A DNA stretch of 64,000 nt, from NCBI GenBank assembly GCA_964389675.1, contig CAYMEV010000008.1, positions 43,084 to 107,083 on the forward strand. Direction: 5' to 3'. Below, in pieces: positions 45,472 to 53,866 of this stretch. How positions within the stretch are numbered: the first letter of the stretch is position 1; every line of letters begins with the position of its first letter. Made by a program: the position numbers and the translations under genes. This DNA is from an uncultured Candidatus Sumerlaeota bacterium (GTDB taxonomy: Bacteria; CAYMEV01). The notes below the pieces were generated by a model, which was not told the DNA's origin, searched no databases, and was given only the letters and a program-made list of their open reading frames with translations.

Positions 45472-48114
45472 CTACCTTTTATCGATAATGTGCTTTATTT
45501 TACCTGTCCTGCCCACCCTTTCAATACTTAAAGGAGGTACTATCCTTATAATAATGCTGTCTATCTGCCTGTCTTTCCAGTCTGATGATATTCCCTTCGA
45601 TGATGCTTTTAAGGCATCAAGTACTCTGTCATTAAAATCACTGTTATCATAAAGGTCTTTGTCCTCACGTTTCAGTTCAATGAAAAATGTAAGCCTTTTA
45701 TTGTTCCCGGCCTGTTCAATATGGATCTGATAGAATGGAGAAAGCTCCGGGAACTGCATAATCGCCCTTTCCACCTCGCTTAAGTAGAGGTTGCAGTAGT
45801 TCAGTTTTATCATATCCCCTGTCCTTCCGCGAAGCCTGAACTTCCGGGATGTCCTTCCGCATCCGCATGGCTCGTCAACCCAGTCTATCCTGTCGCATAT
45901 CCTGTATCTTATAATCGGGTGAAGCCTTCTTGAAAGGGTTGTAACAATGGCATCACCATCGTCAATATCCTCAAGGTATGCATAGCTTTCAAAGACATGA
46001 TGCTCGGTATCACGGCAGTGCCTGCACTGGAAGCCTATCGGGCCTATCTCGACGGCTGCATACCCGAATGATGCAACTATATCAGACTTAAAGATCCTCC
46101 TTACATACTCAACATTATTATCAGACAGCATTTCTCCGGCATAGAAGATCTTATCTATCCGGATATCTATCCTGTTGTTTTCAACATACTGAGCAAGAAA
46201 GAGAAGAACGCTAGGGACCAGAAGCATCACATTGGCATTGAATCTCTTCAGATAGGAGATCGTCTGCTCCTCATTCTGGTTTCCCGTCAGCGACAGCACC
46301 CTGCAGCCTGTCTCTTCAAGCCCCTTGTTGACAGCAAGGAATGCTGTCCAGAAAGCGCCTGACCTGAGCAGATTTGCAACAACATCGCCCTTTTCTATGC
46401 CTGCCGCCCTGAAACCGTATCCGAATACCTTCTCCGATTCCTCAAACTCCCTGTATGAATAGCAGACATACTTCATGGAGCCTGTAGTGCCTCCTGCAGA
46501 AAATATATAGCAGTCTTTCGGTTCCATGGTAAGCATATCAAAGTTTTTATCACAGCTGTGCGAGGACAGATGTGATTTCTCAAGGACTGGCACCCTTTTG
46601 AAATCATCAAGTTTGCTTAAGGGAAGGCTTATATTTTTGTAAAACTCCCTGTAGAAGGCAGAATTCTGGGAAACAGCAAGAATATGATTAAGACGGGAAA
46701 GCAGTATAATATCCTTTTCCTTTTTTTTAAGGAATTCAAGGCCGAAATGCATTACAGGCAGGTCCTCGTATGCCACCTGCTTTATAAGGAGCTGTGCTAT
46801 ATGCACTCCGTCATGAGGAGACCTTGGATCGTGAACGCTTGACATGCTCCCCGGTTTGCAGAACCTCAGTACCCCGGCATTTATGAATTCCCTGGATATG
46901 TCCTGGATACCCTTTTCCCCTCCTATTGAGACCGTTGAAAGGTAGTATTTCATATACTTTAAATTCCCGCTGAATATTTCCCTGTAATCCTTGATCCTGT
47001 TTATATAAATGGTCCTGTTCAGGGGACTGTCCACAAGGTCACAGTTATTCCTCACAATTATTGTATGATGAGATGTGGTTCCTTCATAGATCTCAGCCCT
47101 GCCCTTAAATGCATCCCACTTTGCCAGCTCCCTTTCCTTTCTTATCTCTACTGCAGGATCGACAGGAATCTCTCCCTGCGGGAAAAGCCTGCCCATATCT
47201 TCAAGGGCTTCATAGAGGTACTTTATGAAAATATCTGTATTTTCTGATTCCTCTGCAAAGATATTCTGACAGCTTGTGCATGCCCTCTGCTCCCAGCATA
47301 CTATATCCTCGGCAAACCCCCGCGCGTACTCACGGAGGGACTCTTTACGCGCATCTTTAAGCAAAAGCCCGAAGCTTATCTTGGGCCCGAAGGGCCATAG
47401 CTCTGTCTTTGCAGAAAGGCCGCTTTTGTAGCTTACAACAGCCTCCTGCCCTCCGAAAAGAAGTATGGCATCGCTGTTCTGCTTTACAAAGCTGTCTATC
47501 TCCTTATCATTCCTGCTCCAGTAGACCATACTGAAATAGGGCATAATAAGCCCTTCTCTGTCCTCTTCCCTGAGAACGCTGCAGAAAATAGTGGGAAACA
47601 GAAAATCCTGCTTTGATACCTTAAGCAGGTTGAGGTTTTTTGTGATAATTCCATAGATAAGGCTGTCTATAGATCCGAGAAACACATTGCCTGCTGCAAT
47701 ATGCGACACAAGGCCTGCAGGTACAGCCCTCGAAAGCAGCGTATGCACCTGGTAGACAGGTTGGTCGAGGCAGTGATAATCTTTCAGAAAGTGAAGCCTC
47801 CCGGAAAGGCTTTCGTAAGACAGCATCGCGGGGATCATTTCAAGCCCCTTCTCCACCATTTTTGGTGAATAGTCTATCAGTGCCGGAAGCTTTTCCTGTA
47901 TCTCCTTATAAAACAGGCTGTCCTTATCAGCAAACCTCCTGCCTGTTCTTTCAAGAAGCCCTATTATATCATCAATGGGCTTTTCATAAAACTCTCTCTT
48001 CTTTTTGCTTATTATGTCCTGTGAGAAAGCAGTCTCAAAATCCCTGATATCCAGTTCCCGCTTCTCTTTGATCTCATCTCCCCATATTACTGGTATAAAG
48101 TCCTGTTTCTTCAT
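45472..48114 (-). CDS. LuxC-like acyl-CoA/acyl-protein reductase fused to a PaaK/F390-synthetase-like adenylate-forming domain
   Basis: N-half: 'HIAAGNV', 'FGGQEAV', 'FGPKISF', 'EQRACTSCQ' (catalytic-type Cys at 47278-47280). C-half: 'SAGGTTG', 'YAGE', 'FGYAAVEIG', 'RYRICD', 'RGRTGDMIK'. Confidence 0.85.
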   Translation of the reverse strand: MKKQDFIPVIWGDEIKEKRELDIRDFETAFSQDIISKKKREFYEKPIDDIIGLLERTGRRFADKDSLFYKEIQEKLPALIDYSPKMVEKGLEMIPAMLSYESLSGRLHFLKDYHCLDQPVYQVHTLLSRAVPAGLVSHIAAGNVFLGSIDSLIYGIITKNLNLLKVSKQDFLFPTIFCSVLREEDREGLIMPYFSMVYWSRNDKEIDSFVKQNSDAILLFGGQEAVVSYKSGLSAKTELWPFGPKISFGLLLKDARKESLREYARGFAEDIVCWEQRACTSCQNIFAEESENTDIFIKYLYEALEDMGRLFPQGEIPVDPAVEIRKERELAKWDAFKGRAEIYEGTTSHHTIIVRNNCDLVDSPLNRTIYINRIKDYREIFSGNLKYMKYYLSTVSIGGEKGIQDISREFINAGVLRFCKPGSMSSVHDPRSPHDGVHIAQLLIKQVAYEDLPVMHFGLEFLKKKEKDIILLSRLNHILAVSQNSAFYREFYKNISLPLSKLDDFKRVPVLEKSHLSSHSCDKNFDMLTMEPKDCYIFSAGGTTGSMKYVCYSYREFEESEKVFGYGFRAAGIEKGDVVANLLRSGAFWTAFLAVNKGLEETGCRVLSLTGNQNEEQTISYLKRFNANVMLLVPSVLLFLAQYVENNRIDIRIDKIFYAGEMLSDNNVEYVRRIFKSDIVASFGYAAVEIGPIGFQCRHCRDTEHHVFESYAYLEDIDDGDAIVTTLSRRLHPIIRYRICDRIDWVDEPCGCGRTSRKFRLRGRTGDMIKLNYCNLYLSEVERAIMQFPELSPFYQIHIEQAGNNKRLTFFIELKREDKDLYDNSDFNDRVLDALKASSKGISSDWKDRQIDSIIIRIVPPLSIERVGRTGKIKHIIDKR

Positions 48115-49253
48115 TTTACCGCTCCGCTCTTTTTGAGTATTTCCTGGGCTGCTATGGCACAGCCTTTATGCTTCTTCGTCCCTCCCCTTCTTACAGACAT
48201 TATATATTTCCCCTTAAGTCCGCACTCACAGTCACTGCCCAGCCTTACAAGGTCAGTGGACAGTATTGCCTGGTTAGGCTGTGCGGTATTATAAGGGGTA
48301 TAAAGGCAAAGGAGCCCTTCCTCACCCAGGGGTTTCTCCCTTTTGTCAAGAGGGTCTATAATTTTAAGCCTTGAGTAGACTGGTATATGGAAATGGCCCT
48401 TCCTGCATGCAATATATGGAACACCATGCTCTGCCATTCCGAATGTATCCCTTATATTCTCCGGGTCAATTCCCAGGTATTTATTTATATACTGCGTAAA
48501 CTCTTCATGGGTCATAGGCTGGCCCAGGTGGTTCTTCCATCCTCCCCCTGAAATTATGAAGCTTTTCGGGTGAAGCCTCAGGCTGCCTTTGATCTTTCTT
48601 ATCTTTTCAGTTAGTGCGCATATAAATGCAGGAAAACCAAGAAGCCTTACCGGCCCGTCGCCGGAAAGCTCTATCAGCCTGTCTGCCCATCTTTCAGCAT
48701 CAAACCTGAATTCACCCGTATCCTTATCCTGCTGAAGCACCCAGTTTTCGCTCTTTATGGGGGTGAGGTCCCTCTTATGCATCTGGCTCCATGAGGTGCC
48801 GATCCTGTGGCGGTCAGAAGGCTCATAAGACATCAGGAAACAGTGGACAGGCTCATCGCTTACACATCCAATTGCATTAAAGCAGTTGTATGCAAGCCTT
48901 TCAAGCCTGTCAAGGCTGGGCCTGTCAAGAAAAAGATGTGTTTTCTGCCCCCCGGTCCCCGAGCTGGTCAGTGTTAGTGCAATTTCAGACTCATCGATAC
49001 TGGAAAAACTGTTTATCTTCATGACTCCCACAAAGAGAGGCGGTATTGCAAATACATCATCAATGGAATCTATATCTTCGGGTTTTATGCCTGCTCTTCC
49101 GGCAAGATAGGAAATGAAAGGCTGTCTTTTTATCTGCCATGAAAAATTCTCCCTCATTGCATCAATGAAGGTCTTCTCAATCCTCTCATTCAGTTCATAG
49201 GCATCCTTGTAACTGCATAGAGCATCTATGCTCTTAAACATGTCTTTATTCAT
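48111..49253 (-). CDS. luxE: LuxE-like acyl-protein synthetase
   Basis: 'LTSSGTGG', 'LLGFPAF', 'GGGWK', 'DTFGMAEH', 'ILSTDL', and C-terminal 'KGCA' (acylated-Cys position). Family-level call only; no luciferase genes nearby. Confidence 0.85.
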   Translation of the reverse strand: MNKDMFKSIDALCSYKDAYELNERIEKTFIDAMRENFSWQIKRQPFISYLAGRAGIKPEDIDSIDDVFAIPPLFVGVMKINSFSSIDESEIALTLTSSGTGGQKTHLFLDRPSLDRLERLAYNCFNAIGCVSDEPVHCFLMSYEPSDRHRIGTSWSQMHKRDLTPIKSENWVLQQDKDTGEFRFDAERWADRLIELSGDGPVRLLGFPAFICALTEKIRKIKGSLRLHPKSFIISGGGWKNHLGQPMTHEEFTQYINKYLGIDPENIRDTFGMAEHGVPYIACRKGHFHIPVYSRLKIIDPLDKREKPLGEEGLLCLYTPYNTAQPNQAILSTDLVRLGSDCECGLKGKYIMSVRRGGTKKHKGCAIAAQEILKKSGAVK

Positions 49254-50776
49254 ACTTCCCTGTTCGGGTCCTCCTCTTTAATCAGATTCAGTATATCCCT
49301 GCCTGTCTCACTGTCGATTGAAATGCTGTCATAATCAACCATGCAGTTGTTTAAATACTGCATTATAAGCTGATCCCTGCCCTCATGCCCAGGCATGATG
49401 CCGGCAAAGAAAAATCCCATCTCTGCCAGGTGTTCCCCTGCAGAATATGTAAAGGGTTCAGTAAGGTCGAGATATATGTATATACTGTCTATCCTGTTAA
49501 GGCAGATATTCTTTATATGCTTTTTCATAGAATCAAGAAAATCATATCCGTATTCAATAACCCTCATAGTGGCTGTATTATATACATCGGCTTTTACTGA
49601 AATATTTGTTTTTCTATTTAAATCACCCACTACTCCGGGATTGGAGAACTCCTTTTCAAAGCCGAGGCTGTCATATATTTTTCCAGCTATTTCTGCATAC
49701 CTTTCAGGAATATACTTTTTCTTATCAACCCTCTCTTTCAGCTGACGGTAGCAGACAAGCAGGGTCTCCTTCCCCGTTTCCCCCTCTTTTATCTCCTTGA
49801 AGGCCATGGGTGAAATTCTCAAAAGAAGCAGGGCAGTATCCTTCATCCCGAACCTGTGGGCGGACTTCTGCGAATAAACATGGCTTGTCACAGCCTGAAC
49901 AAAAATTCCCTCAAGAGATAACTCACAAGCCTTCCTGATGAGCTCTTCCGTCATCCTCTCAAGGCATTTCATTCCCCTGAACCTGGGATATACAAAAGCA
50001 ACGCCTATCTCTGCAATATTATCATGCTCCCCCATGGTCAGAGCTGCATGGCCCATGAGCTCTTCCTCCTCCTCAGTTACTGCAACTGCTGAGATCATCC
50101 TGCCTGTCCTGTTGAGCTCTATTACCCTTTCAGGATAGTAGATGGTATCATAAATATATGTATAGCCATAGGTAAAAAAGACGCACTTGGCAAGCTCTAT
50201 CGCCTCACTGTCCCTGATAGCCCTGATATAATAATCAACCGGCTTGATATCAGTTTTTCTTGTTTTTTCCTTGATCTCTGTTTCAGCCTTATGGAGGCTT
50301 TCATCCATAATAAACTTATAGATTATTATCTCTCTGCCCCCTTTTCCAAGGTTCCTGAACTCAACCTTGTCCATCAGGCTTTTAAGGTAGTATATCCCTA
50401 TCCCTTCTATATTATCCTCTGTATGCTCTTTTTCGGGGCTGTACCTGTCAATTGTCTCCAGATCGTACGGGACACCCTTCTCATTGATCTTTATCTCAAA
50501 GCCATGACTGTCCCTGAGGAAAGATACCTCTATATCTATATCTGTAAGCAGGTTTCCCTGATAGTTAATCAGTTCTTCAAGCAGGTCTTCAAGCCCGAAC
50601 TGCAGCCTTCTTATAAAATCCTCCTCCATTCTGAAAAGCCTGAAGAATTCATCCGCTGCTGATAGAACAAGAGGAAGTAATGAAGATTCTGCAGGTATTA
50701 TGATCCTTGCCCTGTCTGGTTTTCTGTCCATTTTGAGCCCCTTTGCTTTAATCTGGTACTGGAATAAATTTATCAT
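49250..50776 (-). CDS. HATPase_c (RsbW/anti-sigma-like) - GNAT acetyltransferase fusion
   Basis: N-terminal 'GIGIYYLKSLMDKVEF' G-box-like segment; 'AEIGVAFVYPRFRGMK' GNAT motif A; second GNAT-like half. Probable start at MDRKP (about 50731). Confidence 0.75.
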   Translation of the reverse strand: MINLFQYQIKAKGLKMDRKPDRARIIIPAESSLLPLVLSAADEFFRLFRMEEDFIRRLQFGLEDLLEELINYQGNLLTDIDIEVSFLRDSHGFEIKINEKGVPYDLETIDRYSPEKEHTEDNIEGIGIYYLKSLMDKVEFRNLGKGGREIIIYKFIMDESLHKAETEIKEKTRKTDIKPVDYYIRAIRDSEAIELAKCVFFTYGYTYIYDTIYYPERVIELNRTGRMISAVAVTEEEEELMGHAALTMGEHDNIAEIGVAFVYPRFRGMKCLERMTEELIRKACELSLEGIFVQAVTSHVYSQKSAHRFGMKDTALLLLRISPMAFKEIKEGETGKETLLVCYRQLKERVDKKKYIPERYAEIAGKIYDSLGFEKEFSNPGVVGDLNRKTNISVKADVYNTATMRVIEYGYDFLDSMKKHIKNICLNRIDSIYIYLDLTEPFTYSAGEHLAEMGFFFAGIMPGHEGRDQLIMQYLNNCMVDYDSISIDSETGRDILNLIKEEDPNREV

Positions 50777-50870
50777 AAACAGCTGGTAATTAAAATAAAA
50801 AAACTATAAAGCTGTTCTCTGAATTTAGGTGTTATTACCCGGTAAAATAATGCAAATGCACAAATGTGCA

Positions 50871-50902
50871 AAAAAAAAGGCAGAGGCATAAACGCCCCTG
50901 CC
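50871..50902 (-). terminator. Intrinsic terminator downstream of Kelch paralog 1
   Basis: Minus strand GGCAGGGGC-GTTTAT-GCCTCTGCC followed by a run of T. Confidence 0.75.
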
Positions 50903-50920
50903 CTTATAATTATAATACCC

Positions 50921-53419
50921 TTACAGTAGCCACTCCAGCCTTGTCTTGTATTCATCGGTCACAATACCTTCGGTTGATATGGCCTCAAGTATATACATAA
51001 AATCTGAGCCGTTCTTGACATGGTCTGTAAAATAATATGCATGTGGCACTGAAGATGTTCCATGGCCCTCAATGATGCTGTCATTGAGCTTTACAGGAGT
51101 ATAGGAGACAAATGGGCTTACCTTGCCCATTTTCAGCCTGTAGAGGTTGAATCCGAGGTTATCTGTCTCTGTAACTGTCTCCCACTGAATGTTTACAGTA
51201 TTCCCCATTCCCTGTGCAGTAAAGAAATTCAGCTCAACTGGGAGAGGAAGCTCTCTGTATGCAATATTGTTTGATGAGTCAGTATCAAAGGGCAAAATTT
51301 CAGTCAGCTCGACGGTAATGATATAGGCTATCGGATCAAGGCCTGTGGTATCCCATTCAAAAGAACCCTGTATATAATTTCCTGGTTCAATCAGAGCAGG
51401 GACGGTCTCCTCGTCAATCATCTGAAGATCGATACCGGGTTGCAGGCTGTAATAATATGCAATATGAAAACCCGTAACATTTTCATCCCCTAGATTATAA
51501 ATCCTGGACCAGATCGTTACTATATCGCCAGGAGAAGGCGGCGTACCGTCATACCAGATATCTGATGCAACTATGGATGCATCAGGGCCGGGCTGTGCGC
51601 AAAGCTCATACTTGCAGCACCTGACAGTCGGGTTAAATCCCCCTGTATCACCGCAGAACTTATAGACAACACCGTTAAGCGAAGCAGCAGCCGTCCTGTA
51701 AACGGGTGTTGTATCATATACACCTCCGTCAACCCATATGCCTGTTGCAACATCATAATAGTATGAAGCATCATATACTGTTCCTCCTGTTCCGCCTACT
51801 ACCCACAGCTGATGATCCCCGCCGTAAATATTATGGGTATATCCCATACCCATTGTTGCTTCCATTAAAGGTGGGATATCTGCATTCTCTGCATTCCAAA
51901 CCCCTGTCGTGAAATCATAGCATTGTGTGCTTGTGAGGTATACACTCGAAGAATTAACACCGCCTACTACAGCGAGCATCTTATGCCCTGTTCCTGGATC
52001 GGTGTATATGAATGCAGCATGAAAGTCCCTGACTGATGTAAAGTTTGGCAGGGGAGCAAGCCATGCATTGGCTGCCGCATCATAGACATATACAGTTGAA
52101 AGGTTGCCTCCTCCGGGAACAGTAGCACCGCCTGTCATATAGAGGTATCCGGTATCAGGGTCTTCAACCCATGCAGGAGCCCAGATGCCTGTTTGTGCCG
52201 GAGGGGTACCTGATGGTGTTTCGTTAGTCCATACATTTGTGTCCATATTATATGACCAGAGCCCTGTAAATCCAGAAGTTGTGGCATCACCGTAAATATA
52301 TGCCTTGTTCTGGTAGACAGCGCCGGTGCTTGCATAGCACTGCATAAATGTCGAATCGGGTACTGTTGCCCATGTATCGGCAACAGGGTCATATGTCTTT
52401 ACAGTAGGATCAGCGCTGTATCCTGCTATAGACCAAAGAAGGCCGTTATACGGTACAACTACATTATCCATTCTTGCTACAGGCTCATTGGCAATTGAGA
52501 CCCATCCCCCCATTATCGTCACCAGGTTGACCTGTGCAGAATCCGAGTAACCGCCTCCGCTTACATCAACCACTCCTGTTACAGTGGTTCCTGCAGGCAC
52601 ACCCGGATCAGATGTAAGTGTTACTATAATATCCTCTGAGATACCGTCATCCAGTGTTATGGATGCAGGGCCTGTCAGGCCGCCGTTTCCTGTAGATACA
52701 CTGTAGGCGAAGTTGAATGTATTTGAAGAACCTGTCTGATTCAAAACAGTAAGTGTGTAATCAACAGGCACGTTCGGGCAGTCTTCAGCGCTCTGGGCCG
52801 GAGGCAGGAGATATACTCCAGGCTCAACAGAGCATGCAGGTATGACTGCAGGCGCAGCAAGCGCTTCATCGCAGTCATCATACCCCGGAGGGGTATAGCC
52901 GTCTGAACTGCATGGCCAGTGAGGCGCACTGCCATAACCATCTCCGTCATAATACCAGGAAACATTGGCATCCCCTGCTGCTACACCCGGTGTGGCATTG
53001 ACTGTATAATAGCAGTAGCACGTACAGCCTCCTGAACTCTGGTATCTCGGATGGTAGATCTGCACGACATTGGCAGGATCCTGCACTGTGACCTCAAGGG
53101 TTCCCCAGGAACCGTTATCACACAACTCACCTGAAACTGTGACGCTGTTTACGGTCCAGTCTGAGGGAAACTGCAGCCACAGCTCATAGACATACTCCCA
53201 GTCAGGCGAGTATGTCTCAGAATAGAATATAAAATCTGCCGCAACTCCCTGCGTATAGCATTCTGATCCCCCGCTGCTCGGGTCAAACATCACATATGAG
53301 CCTGTAAGTGACTTAGGGCCGTTCTCATCTATGCCTGTCGGGGCAACAGCCTTGCCTCCAAGTACCGGAAGCGACAGGACAAGAAGCATCAGAATCGAAA
53401 ACAAAAAGACTTTCCTCAT
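50921..53419 (-). CDS. Secreted Kelch-repeat / CARDB-like surface protein, paralog 1
   Basis: Signal-peptide-like N-terminus; Kelch-like blades ('GLLWSIAGY..YDPVADTW'); CARDB-like 'PSPGDIVTIWSRIYNLG'; C-terminal 'PLPVELNFFTA...WETVTETDNLGFNLYR' domain. Confidence 0.8.
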   Translation of the reverse strand: MRKVFLFSILMLLVLSLPVLGGKAVAPTGIDENGPKSLTGSYVMFDPSSGGSECYTQGVAADFIFYSETYSPDWEYVYELWLQFPSDWTVNSVTVSGELCDNGSWGTLEVTVQDPANVVQIYHPRYQSSGGCTCYCYYTVNATPGVAAGDANVSWYYDGDGYGSAPHWPCSSDGYTPPGYDDCDEALAAPAVIPACSVEPGVYLLPPAQSAEDCPNVPVDYTLTVLNQTGSSNTFNFAYSVSTGNGGLTGPASITLDDGISEDIIVTLTSDPGVPAGTTVTGVVDVSGGGYSDSAQVNLVTIMGGWVSIANEPVARMDNVVVPYNGLLWSIAGYSADPTVKTYDPVADTWATVPDSTFMQCYASTGAVYQNKAYIYGDATTSGFTGLWSYNMDTNVWTNETPSGTPPAQTGIWAPAWVEDPDTGYLYMTGGATVPGGGNLSTVYVYDAAANAWLAPLPNFTSVRDFHAAFIYTDPGTGHKMLAVVGGVNSSSVYLTSTQCYDFTTGVWNAENADIPPLMEATMGMGYTHNIYGGDHQLWVVGGTGGTVYDASYYYDVATGIWVDGGVYDTTPVYRTAAASLNGVVYKFCGDTGGFNPTVRCCKYELCAQPGPDASIVASDIWYDGTPPSPGDIVTIWSRIYNLGDENVTGFHIAYYYSLQPGIDLQMIDEETVPALIEPGNYIQGSFEWDTTGLDPIAYIITVELTEILPFDTDSSNNIAYRELPLPVELNFFTAQGMGNTVNIQWETVTETDNLGFNLYRLKMGKVSPFVSYTPVKLNDSIIEGHGTSSVPHAYYFTDHVKNGSDFMYILEAISTEGIVTDEYKTRLEWLL

Positions 53420-53811
53420 AAAATTCCTCCTTTTTATGTTTTTTTATTATTTAAATTCAGGACTGAATTTATTTTCACTGAAAAAATTAATTTGCAGCAA
53501 CCATATGTATTAATGATCATATACCCCAAAATGTGGATTTCTGAAATCCATTATATAATTCTATAAATAATTTAATTATAAAATCTTACATTAATTTTCA
53601 TATGTAATTTTAAAAACTGGCATGTCAAAAGTCAAGGATTATTTATATTTTTTTTACTATTCCAGGGAAAATTTGCCTTATTTTATTTGATCAAATAATC
53701 AATGGCAAAAGAGGTTTTAAGCCTTTCTAACCCTTTCAGTGCCTTAAAGGAAAAAAGAATTTTATACCGGGCCTGCGGTGATATTATGAATTGCATAGGC
53801 TCACAGGCAAA

Positions 53812-53847
53812 AATAATAAAAAAGGCAGGGCAAAATGCCCTGCCTTT
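53812..53847 (-). terminator. Intrinsic terminator downstream of Kelch paralog 2
   Basis: Perfect 11-bp stem AAAGGCAGGGC/GCCCTGCCTTT (53821-53847), followed on the minus strand by a T-rich tract. Confidence 0.8.
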
Positions 53848-53866
53848 CCATCATGATCCAGTATTA

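Noticed and set aside
45472-49253. Bioluminescence (lux) operon
   Set aside because: No luciferase (luxA/luxB), luxD or luxG in the window; gene order and the ligase fusion differ from luxCDABE.
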